A DNA stretch of 64,000 nucleotides from the human T2T-CHM13v2.0 reference genome, Homo sapiens, in the NCBI GenBank assembly GCA_009914755.4, contig CP068257.2, positions 42,368,001 through 42,432,000 on the forward strand, given 5' to 3'. The translations under genes and the position numbers were made by a program. Of the stretch, positions 18,382 to 35,190 are shown piece by piece. The notes under the pieces were generated by a model. It worked only from the letters and a program-made list of their open reading frames with translations, did not search any database and was not told the origin of the DNA. Every line of letters starts with the position of its first letter. Positions within the stretch are counted from its first letter, which is position 1.

Positions 18382-19704
18382 TCTTTTATTGATTTCTAAG
18401 ATGACTACCAAATAAATGAACAAGATAAAAAGTGATAAGTTCAAACATACTGTTTTTGTGTTAACAAAATGTAGTAATAGTCCCTTTTTAACCACTATGT
18501 GCCATGCCTTGTTGGAAGTGACTGACGTGTCTTGTCTCATTTAATCCTCACCAGAGCTCCTCTGGCCGAGCTCTTCTCATTTTCCCATTTCCCATGTCCC
18601 CGAGGCACAGGAAGGTTAAATGATCTCCCCAGGTGCAGTCAGCTGGTCAGTGATGGAACTGAGATGGGGACCGGGCAGTGAGGTTACCAGCGCCTTGCCC
18701 ACTCACCGTGCCATCTGCCCGGAAATGTCATTACCCTTCCTCAGTGACTTGACATTATTATATGAGTTTCAGGAGGTTTTTTATTTTTAGGCTTTTGATA
18801 GCAAAATAAGCAGATGTGTTAATGGCACACATCAATTCCCAATGATTTCTTAAAGATCAATATAAAAGCAATTTGGAAAATGGTTTGCTAAAGTAAAGAG
18901 GATCCTCTGAGTATAAGAATTTTAGTCATCTATATTAAAAGGTTCTTTTTTAGCCGAAGTGTAATACAGTTATATCATCATTTTATGAGAACAAAATGGA
19001 TTTTTCATTTCTATTAAAGCAAAGATAAAAGCTGAATTAACACTGAGCGTGCAGCGTAAAGTCGGCCGCAGCTGGATTCCTAACTCGCGTCTGCCACTGT
19101 CAGCTCTGTGCACTGAACACGTTGGCCCTCAAAGCTGACTTTCCTCATCTGTGAATTGGGGTCGTGTTTGTGCCTTTCCTCCCAGGAGTTATGGGGAAGA
19201 CAGAATGAGAGGGTGCCTGGCAGGTGCCTTGTGTAATATTCGCACATGGGGAGCCACCTATAAATTTTAGCTCCTCCTGGCACTTGGTTGAACAGTGAGT
19301 TGATTTTGGTGAAGTTTTGGTTTCTTTTTCTCCATGGATTTTGGGCGTCTGGGAGAAAGTGGAGGCTGTAGAACACAGCAAAGCTGGGTGAGGTGGAGCA
19401 GGCTCCCTCTCCTAAGCTTTGTGTCCTTGGGGCAAGTTCTTCACCTTCTCTGATCCTTGTTTTCCTTGTGGGGAAAATCACACCCACCCCATGGAGGTGT
19501 CACGAGGGTTCAGCTTCATCACATCTGTCCCGTGCTGGGTTTTCCTGAGACGTGTTATGTAGAGGCACAGGTACAGAAGAATCTTGCGATATCGCTTTAC
19601 TAAACATAAAACTACCTAAAAACACCAATTTATTAAGCTCTAGAGCCATTTTGCATGTATTCACCTAAAAATATGGTAACTGAATTTCTTTCTTCCCTTC
19701 ATAG

Positions 19705-19786
19705 GTGCTGGAGATCAGAATTTATTTACCTCTGTTTATCCAACGCTCTCTCAGCAGCTTCCAAGAGAACCAATGGAATGGAGAAG
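19705..19786 (+). CDS. TRAPPC10: Coding exon 2 (82 nt), ...CAGDQNLFTSVYPTLSQQLPREPMEWR(R).
   Basis: Acceptor ttcttcccttcatag|GT and donor AAG|gtatgag. Phase 1 in, phase 2 out, consistent with the flanking exons. Confidence 0.85.
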
Positions 19787-19935
19787 GTATGAGTTGTGTG
19801 TTTTTTGGCTGTATCCCTCTCTTCATTTTTTAAAATGAAGTACATGTTTTTAAATAAGTATATGTTGTTTAGACATTTATGTGAACAAGTGAAGTAGCAC
19901 AAGTTAAAAGCCTCAGTTCTAAAGAAACAGAATGA

Positions 19936-20293
<358 letters not shown>

Positions 20294-21193
20294 GACTACG
20301 ATGGTTTTTCTTAACGAGACATTGGAAAGTAGAAGCAAGACAATTATTTTGAGTTAAAGACTCACTTTTATAGGAATGATCTGTGATTCTTCATGGTTGA
20401 CCAGAATGTCTTAAAGGCACAGGCGTTTTGCAAAGGAGACACGTGCTCACTTAGACTCCACCTTAAAGCGGAAGAACTGGGCTGTATCAGCCATCTTACA
20501 AGACCCTCCCTCCACCCTGGCTCCTGTGCGTTTTCCTTAAGGACAAGAAGGTAAACAGAAAGATGGTATTTAAAAATTAGGAGCGAGGTTAGATCAGCCA
20601 TCACCGTTGCTCTGTTGCATGTTTACAGTTAGTCGTCTGGTGACATACTCATAGGAAATCACTGACTGGGAATCCTCTTCTTGGAAAACTTATTTCTGGT
20701 AAGAGCAGGTGTTACTTGTAAATATAAAGTTGTGTATATGTAAATGTAAATTTGTAAATTTGGATTTTGTCTTGTAACATAGGTAATCTGATTTTAACCA
20801 GGGTATACAGAATTTCCTGTTGTTCTTTGTGTTTATGTAAGTCTGATTCTTATAGCATTATTCCTTTCTGACCACCAGTTTGTGCCTTAGTAACATGAGG
20901 GATTAAGGTGGCTTTCTGGAGTTGACTTACCCAGGTGAATATAGTCTAATTTCTGTGCTGATTATAGTGTCTTACAAGATATGCATTTAGTTGCTAATAT
21001 TTAATATAAAGAGTGTACAGAGTGTAAGAGAAAAATTGCTTAACATGTGAGGAGGCCCAGTGCTGTGAAAGAGAGAAAAGAGTTTAGCAAATGGAGTAAT
21101 CTGTAAGGGCATTCTGATAGATAAAGGGAAAAAAAAAGTGTGTTCATGAAACAAGATAATTTTGAGAAAAAAATTAAATGGAGAAACTATGTA

Positions 21194-21506
<313 letters not shown>

Positions 21507-21940
21507 TTAATATTTGTATTCATCTCTTCCCCTTTCCGAAACTCCAGTAAATGGACTACATAAATACTAAACAAATAAATGGACTAAAAAAAATGGACCA
21601 AACAAATGCTAAACAAATCACCCTAAAGAACTAAAAAGGCAGACGTGCATAAAGACAGAGAAAGGAGGAGGCAGCGGAGGCCGCAGGATATAGCTGTGTT
21701 TTTGGGAGAAAGAGAAACAGGTGGAGGAATTGGGAGAGAAAGCTGAGGAAGTTCAATCCCTTGTGTCTTGTGGCTCCATAAGAGGAGGGGAATTTCTGAC
21801 AAGGGACAAAGTGCCAGATCTTGGAAGGCCCGGGTGAAAGCAGGGCTGGAGATGGGGGTTGGCAGAGGTGTGGACAGGGACAGTTAGACTCAGGGTCCCC
21901 ACTCCTGTCTGTAGTGAAGTGATTGCTGTCATTGCCCACT

Positions 21941-21972
21941 CCCCCAACCCCCCCCCCCACCCCCGCCGCCCC
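21941..21972. repeat. Poly-C tract (G-tract on the minus strand)
   Basis: cccccaacccccccccccacccccgccgcccc. Confidence 0.9.
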
Positions 21973-23123
21973 TCAGGAACCTGGAAAGTCTTTCTGTGGA
22001 CAGAAGAGCTCCAGACCCTCGGATCTGAGGTGCTGCAGAAGGCAAGGGAGAAGGGCCATTCTAAAACCAGCCGGCCTAGGTTCTGAACAGGGCACAGCTC
22101 CGCTCCGGGAACTCTGTAGCCAGATCCATGCTTCCTAGGCAAGAGAGTAGAGAACTTATCTCAGGAAAATTGGATGGCCCCAGGGAAAAGACTACGTTTT
22201 TCAGAAACAACCTTAAAATTTGGGAAAGAAATGTGTTACCTTAGGGAAGATACGTCCACCTGAAACCTCAGGATGTGTCTTTATTGGAATAAGGGTCTTC
22301 GCAGATATGGTTAAGATAAGGACCTCACTGTGAGATCCTCTTCAATTAGGGTAGACCCTGAATCCAATGACAAGTGTCCTTGTAAGAGGCAGAAGAGAAG
22401 ACACAGACACAGGGTAGAAGACCTTGTGAAGATGGAGGTAGAGATGAGAGTGATGTGTTCATGAGCCGAAGAATGCTGAGGATGCCAGCAGCCAGCAGAA
22501 GCTGGGAGAGAAGCAAGGAACCTCCCACTGCAGCCAGAGGGAACTAAGCCCACCCATACCTTGATTTCAACTTTCTGGCCTCATGAAACATGCAAGAATA
22601 AGCTAATGTCCTAAGCCTCCAGGTTTGTGGTAGTTTGTGACAGCAGGTCTGGAAACTCATGCAGGAGGGCAGGTTGAGGAGGATGGAGCAGGTACTTGGT
22701 GTAGTTTGGATGTGTCCCCAAACATTCTTGCATTGGAAACTTAATTTCTGCCCTCGTGAGTGGATTAATGTTGCTGTCACGGGAGTGGGCTCCTTATCAC
22801 GTGAGTGGCTTTCTTATCAAAGTGAGCTCTCTTTGGCTCTCTGGCTCTTGCCCTGTCACCATGTGATGCCCTCTGCGGGTTTTGACATACCAAGAAGGCC
22901 CTCACCAGATGCTGGCACCTTGATCTTGGACTTCCCAGCCTCCAGAACTGTGAGCGCAATAACCTTCTGTTGCTTATAATTTACCCAGCCTGTGATATTC
23001 TGTTACAGCAGCAGAAAACATACCAAGACATGGATGTGTGTGTGTGTTGGTGGGCGGTGAGGAGGAAGAGAGGGAGAGAGAGAAAAGCTTTTCAGTACTC
23101 TTTGTATTGAAGTACTTATCTCA

Positions 23124-23421
<298 letters not shown>

Positions 23422-25406
23422 AATTACTTTGATAAAAAGTAGAAATTTAAAATTAATTGATTGGATCTAGGAAATGAAAACAATTGAAACAAAGTTTGCC
23501 AGATGCACTAAACAGCTGTATAGCTGAAAAGCAAATTAGTGAGCTGGAAGAATTGAGCTTAGAGACTCGGGAGATCATTGCTAAAAGCAGGAATGGGAGA
23601 GCATGGAGGAAAAGCTGGCCCTGGAGGATAAATCACGGAGCTCCAGGATCCACCTGAGGGGCTTTTCAGAAGGAAAGTGGAGGGAACAGAGGACAGGTGA
23701 CATTTGAAGAATGGCTGTCAAGCTTCTCCCAGAAGGGAGTTGGGATACTGCAGGAGCCTAGTGAATGTCAAGCAGAATGAAGAAAACAAAGCAAACAGAA
23801 AATCATGCCAGGGAATCAGAGAGAAACAGAAGAAGAACCAAGTAGACAGTTTCTAACAGAACCATTTACAGTGCAACATAAAATACATTTACGAGCAGCC
23901 TCCCCACAGTCCTGAGGGAAAGTACCCCAGACCCTAGAATTCTTTATCATTCACAGTGTCATCAAGAGGGAAGACTCTGTCACAGCTTCCCACCCTGAGG
24001 GCCTTGCGTGAGCCACAGGTGCTGAGAGATTTTTCCTCTAGGCCCCCGGCTGGCCGTGTGGGGGCCAGGATGGCCAGGAGTTCTGCCCCATCACTTCTGT
24101 GTGCAGTTCTGTTCCATCACTTCTGTGTACAGAAAGCCATTCCTGTCTACCCCAGAGTCCCATTCACATATGTTCACTGCTTGTCATGATACGGAGATAG
24201 GTGCACTGAAGTGAATACAAATATTTTCAGACATCTATAAGAACAGAAACCTTGCGACCCTCTGAGTAATTAAAGGATGTATCCCAATACGAAGGCAGAT
24301 GAACCCAGGGATCCAGGGTGAAAGCAACGTCTGCCAGCAACATGACATGTTTTGCTGAAGTTAAGGTGTCACTTTTTAAAAAAATTAAAAATCTAAAATT
24401 TCAGATGTGTGTGAAGGAGAACAGAGAGAAGGGGAGATAGACTTTAACTTTAGTCTTTGTAATAAAACCTTAAGTTACGTACTGAGAATTAAAATGCAAC
24501 CAACGGTAGAATAGAGATAGATGATAAGACTTTCAAACCAGCAGAGAGAAAAGATGGAAAAAGAAAACTTGATTAATCTCCCAAAGGACAGGGGAAAACT
24601 AGAGCCGGCAAGTAGAAAATGTACATATTTAAGCATCAGCATAGTCCCATTCATGATGGTTGGTTTTAAGTTATTAAACACAGCACCCTTAGATCGGATG
24701 AAAAACAAAATCCAGCTATAACATTCAGAAGAGACGCAGCTGCTAGAAGTGAGAAGTAAAGGCACGGCACAGAGATCCACGCGGTGTGGTTCACTGTTAG
24801 AAGCATCGTTAGGCCGTCACTGAGAGCCTTGGATGAGATGCAGGGGGCGTGTGGGATTTCTTGATGGGTTCCTTCTTCTTGGGTTGAGAATAAAGTAGAG
24901 GTTTGTCCTGCTATTTTATTTGTGCTCTGCAAACAAAAATATGTTATATTTTCGCCAAATAACTTTGTTTCTTGGATAAAATACAAGTTGTTCCAAAAAT
25001 ACGAATGCAACCCTAAAGCTTTCGTAATTAAAACTGCACTTTGGACATTTGGGACACACTTTTCTTCTTTTATGGTGACATAATTATAGATTCCGTTACA
25101 CTGAAACCCACCGTCGAGTCTGTAGTGGCCCTGGTTAAATGCAGTACTTGGAAGAATGTATTCCTGTGCCTGTATCCTTGAGGAAAATGAAAGATTTTGT
25201 GGAAATGGAGCTTTGACCTGTACACGTGAACTGTGTTTAAAATAATTCCTAGAATGTTTCTGAGCAGAATAGCGTAGTTATGATTTGGGGTTAATATATG
25301 TGCTCTGAACTCATGCATACCATTACATTATTTGTTGTTCTATTTCCCCTCTTCTGATGAATGCTGTTTAGTTGTTTTCTCAGTGACTTCAAACAATTGT
25401 TTACAG

Positions 25407-25542
25407 GTCCTATGGCCGGGCTCCGAAGATGATTCACCTAGAGTCTAACTTTGTTCAATTCAAAGAGGAGCTGCTGCCCAAAGAAGGAAACAAAGCTCTG
25501 CTCACGTTTCCCTTCCTCCATATTTACTGGACAGAGTGCTGT
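25407..25542 (+). CDS. TRAPPC10: Coding exon 3 (136 nt), (R)SYGRAPKMIHLESNFVQFKEELLPKEGNKALLTFPFLHIYWTECC.
   Basis: Acceptor tgtttacag|G and donor TGT|GTGAGT at 25543. The frame matches the six-frame ORF 25429..25611. The exon ends in phase 0. Confidence 0.85.
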
Positions 25543-25728
25543 GTGAGTACCAGCAGGGGAAGAGGATGCGCGGTGGGATGGGGTTGGAGATGCGTGGAGA
25601 GTGCTGTGTGAGTACCAGTGGGGGAAGAGGACGCGTGGTGGGGTGGAGTTGGAGATGCGTGGAGAGTGCTGTGTGAGTACCAGTGGGGGAAGAGGACGCG
25701 CGGTGGGATGGGGTTGGAAAGGTGTGGG
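25534..25728 (+). repeat. 65-bp tandem repeat, 3 copies (25534-25598, 25599-25663, 25664-25728). It overlaps the last 9 nt of exon 3 and its 5' splice site.
   Basis: The unit gagtgctgtGTGAGTaccag(c/t)(a/g)ggggaagagga(t/c)gcg(c/t)ggtggg(a/g)tgg(g/a)gttggagatgcgtgga is read directly three times. Copies are over 90% identical. Confidence 0.9.
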
Positions 25729-27198
25729 TCTAGGCTTTGTTGAGCCAGCTGTAATTTTTCAAATTTACTTTTTAACATACTCTGTTATAGGTTGTCCCTT
25801 CATTCCTTGGCCAAGTGCGGGACTTGCTGTTGCGTGTTTGCGCCCTGGTCTGGCGTGCTGTGCTCACCGTGGCGCCGAGCGTGGTCGTGTTCCCATGTCT
25901 CCAGTCTTGTGAGCTGTCTCACTGTGCCCCACGGCTGCCAGGCTTAGTCTAAGCTGTGTTTGATCATGACTTTCAGCTTTGTTTTCATGACCCCTGTGTT
26001 CCCATCGTGGCTCCATTGTCCTTGGTCATCTGTTGTTTCTTCTGCTTGTTTGTGACCCCACTGAGGCTAGGACCATGTCCTTCCTCCCTGTTGCCGTGCC
26101 TGGGCAGGAGGCGCCCCGTGACTCTCCGTGGAACGAGTGGGCCTCAGCCCTGTGGCCGCCACAGCTTTCACTTGTATTTTCTGGTTGTGTATTCATGAAT
26201 CCAGAAAGAACCTTTTCGTTCTTGACACACTTCTTCTGTCGTGAACTAATAGAAAATTCTGTGCGGCACTTCTTCCTGTATTTTGAGTCAAATAAAGCAA
26301 GATTTAGCAGCATAGAAAGTACATAGATTATTACACACTGTGACATTGTAGCCTAGACCTGAGGCACAGAGGTAGTTGTTGGTGATTTTAATGAGACAGG
26401 AACTGTAAGTCTGCACCTGGTTTTCCTCAGATTTCACCTCATGCACCCTTTCTCTGCTGACTTTGCTCCGCCTCCTTTCCCACGGGCTCCACACAGCCAG
26501 TGAGGACACACGTGAGGAGATTTCCACCGGGGAAGCCTCTGCCGGAGACTCTGTACCCAAGGTTTTCACCAGGCTGCGCCGTAGGCCCCCTCTGCCTGGC
26601 GTGCCTGAGAAGGACACTGTCCCTGGCCTGCTGTGCCAGCTCTTCTCCCCATAACACCTGGTTGTAATGTTCGATTTGATCACTCCTCCAGGAGTTGTCC
26701 GGTTCCTCCCTGGCGTGGGGCTGTTGTCCCCTTGCGATCAGTAATCTAACTCTGGGGAGCCACTGTGAGGCGATTTAAGTGTCCTGCCCCTCACCCAGTG
26801 GTGATTCTTTCCTGAGCCAGAGTCTTTACTAAGGGTGCTGACCTTTCCACCCATCTCCGTCAGCCCGTCCCCTATTCTGGGGAGCGCCTGCAAGGGCCTT
26901 CTGCTCAGGCAGTGGTTAGTCAGTCACCTTTACTGATGCTCAGGTTGTCCCAGATTTGGCCATCAAGAGTCACTTCAGACTGGCACCTGTGTTCTTTTGA
27001 GCACTTTCTAATCATTTGAGGCATACCAAGATGTTTTAGGTTCTGGGAGCTCGTTGCCCTTGTGCTGGAGTCAGCCGCGTCTCCATGGAGCCCTGGTTCC
27101 TCTGGCAGCAGGCGTGCTTGCTGCCATGGTGGCGTTGCTGCCTCTCCACCCTTTACGCAGACAGAGCTGATAGGGATGTGCCTTAGACATCAAGAACT

Positions 27199-27495
27199 GG
27201 GCCGGTCATGGTGGCTCACGCTTGTAATCCCAGCACTTTGGGAGGCCAAGGCGGGTGGGTCACAAGGTCAGGAGTTTGAGACCAGCCTGGCCAAGATGGT
27301 GAAACCCCGTCTCTACTAAAAATACAAAAATTAGCTGGGCGTGGTGGCACATGCCTGTAATCCCAGCTACTCGGTAGGCTGAGGCAGGAGAATTGCTTGA
27401 ACCTGGGAGTGGAGGTTGCAGTGAGCCGAGATCGTGCTACTGCACTCTAGTCTGGGAGACAGAGCAAGACTCTGTCTCAAAAGAAAAAAAAGAAA
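27199..27495 (+). mobile_element. Alu SINE (AluS), sense
   Basis: ggccggtcatggtggctcacgcttgtaatcccagcactttgggaggcc...gccgagatcgtgctactgcactctagtctgggagacagagcaagactctgtctc followed by a tail. Confidence 0.9.
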
Positions 27496-27962
27496 TCACG
27501 AACTGATACTGATGCGTCCAATTTTATAACTTGGAGGGCTCTTTCTTGCCTCTCATTTATTTCTGCTCTCACCAACATCAACACATCTCTGTATTTGCTC
27601 AGTGCTACAACGTGCATAAGATAGTTTCAGAATTGGTACACCTGCGCCACAACTAGGAGCAGACCTACTGAGAACAGCTCCAAATTTGCAACTAAACTTT
27701 TCCTTTTGGACAGTATGTATCATAGTGTTTATTAACGTCTCCTTCAGCTTCATCCTTTTCAGGGTTTTTGTAGTTAGTCTTGCATGTTTAATTGAGGTAT
27801 TTTTGTTGTGATCAAACTAAGTTTATAAGTTCCCATATGCAGAACTAACATCTTGATCACGTTGAGACATACTCAAGAGCAAGGGCTGCCTTTCCTTTTG
27901 TGCAAGTCTGCTTCTGTGTTTTACACTTTATTTTATTAGAGATTTTTAAAAATTCTCTCTCT

Positions 27963-28247
27963 CTTTTTTTTTTTAAAGACAAGGTCTTATTCTGTCACTC
28001 AGGCCAGAGTGCAGTGGTGGGTTCTTGGGTCACTGCAACCTCAACCTCCCGGGCTCAAGTGATTGTCCTACCTCAGCCTCTTGATTGAGTTGAGACCACA
28101 GGCATGCGCCCAGCTAATTTTTTTGTATTTTCTGTAGAGATAGGGTTTTGCCATGTTGGACAGGCTGGTCTTGAATTCCTAGGTTCAAGGGATCCACCTG
28201 CCTCCACCTCCCAAAGTTCTGGGATTACAGGTGTGAGCCACGGTGCC
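27963..28247 (-). mobile_element. Alu SINE (old, AluJ-like), antisense
   Basis: Poly-T, then aaagacaaggtcttattctgtcactcaggccagagtgcagtggtgg...ggtgtgagccacggtgcc. Confidence 0.85.
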
Positions 28248-28248
28248 T

Positions 28249-28530
28249 TACAGGGTCTCGCTCTGTCACCCAGGCTGGAGTGCTGGAGTGCAGTGGTGCG
28301 ATCTTGGTTCACTGCAACCTCCGCCCCTCTAGGCTGACGCCATCCTCCCACCTCAGCCTCCCAAGTAGCTGGGACCACGCCTGCCTTTTTTTTTTTTTTT
28401 TGGTGTTTTTAGTAGAGATGGGATCTTACCATGTTGCCCAGGCTGATCTCAAACTCCTGGCCCCAAGTGATCCTCCTGCCTCAGTCCCCTGAAGTGCTGG
28501 GACTACAGGTGTGAGCCACTGCGCCCGGCC
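28249..28530 (-). mobile_element. Alu SINE, antisense. It abuts the previous Alu with no intervening tail.
   Basis: ttacagggtctcgctctgtcacccaggctggagtgctggagtgcagtggtgcg...ggtgtgagccactgcgcccggcc. Confidence 0.85.
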
Positions 28531-28956
28531 GCCATAGTTCAATATTGAACTATATTTATTTGCATTGCTGGTATAAATCCCACTTAGTCATAGTATTATT
28601 TTCTTAATGTGGTATTAGAGTCTATCACTTGAATTTTATTTAGGAGTTTTTGCATCTATAATTCACAAGTGGTTGATCGGTAACTTTTGTTTTATGCTCT
28701 TTTTATGAGGTTTTGGTATTGATGTTCTACTTAATTCATTAAAATAATTTGGAAGTTTTTACTTACTTTCTGTTTCTGAAGTCATTTATGTAGCACTGGC
28801 GCTACCTGGTCTCTAAGGTTTGGTGGAATTTTGGGAAACTAGCTGGGCCAGGTACTTTTTTGTAACTCTTTGATGAAAATTGGTCTGTTTTCAGCCATTT
28901 GCTAATTTTGATAAAGTACATTTTCTTGGAAATTACGTATTTCGGTTAAGTTGTAA

Positions 28957-29285
<329 letters not shown>

Positions 29286-29333
29286 TTTTTTGACTTTTAA
29301 AATGTTTTGTCAGTAATTATTTTCCCATCATTA

Positions 29334-29626
29334 TTTATTTATTATTATTATTATTTTTTGAGACGGACTCTCACTCTGTCACTCAGGCTGTAGTGTAGTG
29401 GCGCATTCTCGACTCACTGCAACCTCTGCCTCCCAGGTCCAAGTGATTCTTCTGCCTCAGACTCCCAGTAGCTGGGGTTACAGGCGCCTGCCACCATGCC
29501 CGGCTAATTTTTGTATTTTTAGTAGGGATGGGGTTTCACCATGTTGGCCAGGCTGGTCTCAAACTCCTGACATCAGGCGATCTCCCAAAGTGCTGGGATT
29601 ACAGGCATGAACCACGGCGCCCAGCC
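29334..29626 (-). mobile_element. Alu SINE, antisense, with the TSD cccatcattattt
   Basis: (tta)n followed by T-run tail, gagacggactctcactctgtcactcaggctgtagtgtagtggcgc...catgaaccacggcgcccagcc. A 13-bp direct repeat is present on both flanks. Confidence 0.9.
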
Positions 29627-29629
29627 CCC

Positions 29630-31126
<1,497 letters not shown>

Positions 31127-32275
31127 TATTACACTTTTATAATATGTATCAATATCTTTCTTTTAAAATAAACCTTGTGGCCATCTACATTTTCCCTTCC
31201 ACATGTCGAGTGTCCAAATTTATTTTCTGAAGATGGCTGTAGCAGCATACCCATCCCACATGCTCCTCTCTATGTGACAGTGACTTTCCCTTGTTGAAAG
31301 GCTGGGCCTGTGTTTCCTCCAGTTGAATCTGGGTGGGCCTCTGACTGTGGCAGAAGCAACACTGTGATACTTGAGAGGAAGTCCTAAAAGATAACGTGCC
31401 TTCTGCTGGATTCTCTCGGGGTGCTTGTTCTTAGATTCCAGCCACCATGCTGTGGGGAAGCCAAGCAGCCCCGTGGGAAGGCCACTCGCAGGTGTTCAGC
31501 CTGCCCCAGCTGAGTCCCACTGTGTGTTTTAGCTCCCAGCCTCAACACGCCACTGACACCAGGTGGAGCAGAGACCTTGGTTCCCACCAAATCCTCTCTC
31601 AGTTGTAGATCCGTGAGCAAAAGAAAGTTTTACACCACTATAGCTTGGAGTGGCCTGTTACACAGCAGTAGATAACTGGAATATCAGTTGAAAAAGAGAA
31701 GGCTGGAGGCATTTTGATTGGGATTGCCTTGAATAAGTTGTTAATTCATTTGAGAAGAATTTTAATCATGAGTCTTCTTGAATCAGGGAATGTGGTATGT
31801 ATGTTTTTCCATTCTTTATGACTTTTTTCTGCCCTTATTTTTCGTAAAAGTTTTACATTTTTATTGTTAGCTTTAGCTTTTGTGGCCATTTTGAATGAGA
31901 CTTTTTTTCCTTAAAATTACATTCTAATAGCCTTTTTTTTTTCAAATCTTGATTATCGTCTATTTAAAAAAAGGAGTAAGTTGATAATATTGAGGATTTT
32001 AGATTTAAAGTAAAACTCTGTTATGTTGAATAGTTGCTTTAGGACTTATAGAGTACATCTGTAACAGCATAATTCTTCCTTCAAGTAATATGAATTATAT
32101 TACTTGATGCGTGATATAAGAACTTTGGATCATTGACTTCTGTTTTCTCCCTCCCAGCCTTTGTTATTGTTGTCATACATTTTCTATACTTGTTAAAACC
32201 CCATAGTACATTGTTACTATTTTTTGCCTTAAACAGTCTGTTATGCCTTGGAGAGATTAAAATAGAAAATCATGT

Positions 32276-32576
<301 letters not shown>

Positions 32577-32632
32577 TATTTACCCACCCAGTTTCCATTT
32601 CCATTGCTGCCTGTTCCTTTTCTTTAAAATCC

Positions 32633-32885
<253 letters not shown>

Positions 32886-33044
32886 TCATCTGGTCTGGAT
32901 TTCCTGCTGACCGAAGGATTTCTGTAACCTTGCTTGTAGTGTAGGTCTGTTACGGTAAGCTCTTTCAGCTTTTGTACATTGGGAAAGTCTATTTTGCCTT
33001 AATTTTTGAAAAATATTTTCACTCGTTAGGGAATTCTAGGTTGA

Positions 33045-33471
<427 letters not shown>

Positions 33472-34121
33472 AAGATTTTTTTTCTTTATATTGGTTTTTA
33501 ACAGTTTGATTATGGTATGCTTTGGTGTAGATTTCTTAATATTTCTTGTACTTGGGGTTTGGGGGTTTATTTTTTTTTTCTTTTTTGTGGGGGTGGATAT
33601 GACCTTTATTGAGCATATCCACCGGAGAGGAAATCATGTTTGTACAAAACCAGATGTTTGTTACTATACCTTCTGCATCACAATTAAAATCCGAGCAGTA
33701 TTTAAAAAACAGTCAACTCAGTCAAAACCCACTGCTTCAGAATCAATAGCTTCTTTGAAGCCACAGTGACCCTTAAATATGGTTAAGACTCGAATGTAGA
33801 AATTTGGTTGGTTGGAAAGCTAATTAAACTTCTAACTTGCTTAAATAGAATTACAGAAAGGTAAATTGTGTTTTTCACAGAGATGCAGTCCACTGGAATC
33901 ACCAACACTGGACAGCTGGTAGAGTATTTAGAGTCCTGAGAAACAAGGAATCCAGGCATCCTTTAGACAGTCCGCTGTTGTCCCTTCTTCCCAGTCAGAG
34001 ATTTGTGGGTGTGTGCAGTGACACCACCACCAGCAATTGTAGCCTTGACAAGAGACTCCAGTTCTTCATCTCCAGGAATAGCAAGTTGCAAGTGACAAGG
34101 GGTGACACGCTTTACCTTTAA

Positions 34122-34772
<651 letters not shown>

Positions 34773-34796
34773 TAGTTTTGATTTAATTTGGAACAT

Positions 34797-35080
34797 TTTT
34801 ATTTTATTTTATTTTTGAGGCAGGGTGTTACTCTGTCACCCAGGCTGGAGTGCAGTGGCACCATCTTGTCTCACCACAACCTCTGCCTCCTGGGTTCAAG
34901 CGATTCTTGTGCCTCATCTTCATGTAGCTTGAAGTATAGGCGTGTGCCACCGTACCCGGCTAATTTTTGTATTTTTAGTAAAAATGGGGTTTCGCCATGT
35001 TGGCCAGGCTGGTCTCAAACTCCTGGCCTCAAGTGATCCCAAAGTGCTGGGATTACAGGCATGAGCCACTGCACATGGCC
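34797..35080 (-). mobile_element. Alu SINE, antisense, with the TSD gaacattttt and a small internal deletion
   Basis: gaggcagggtgttactctgtcacccaggctggagtgcagtggcacc...cctcaagtgatcccaaagtgctgggattacaggcatgagccactgcacatggcc. Confidence 0.85.
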
Positions 35081-35145
35081 TGATGTAGAACATTTTTGGT
35101 CATTGTTTCCTCAGATTGTTTTTCTGTTGCACCCTCTCTGGGGGA

Positions 35146-35148
<3 letters not shown>

Positions 35149-35186
<38 letters not shown>

Positions 35187-35190
35187 CACG
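35149..35190. repeat. (GT)n(GC)n microsatellite
   Basis: A gtgt... run ending in gcgcgcacacg. Confidence 0.9.
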
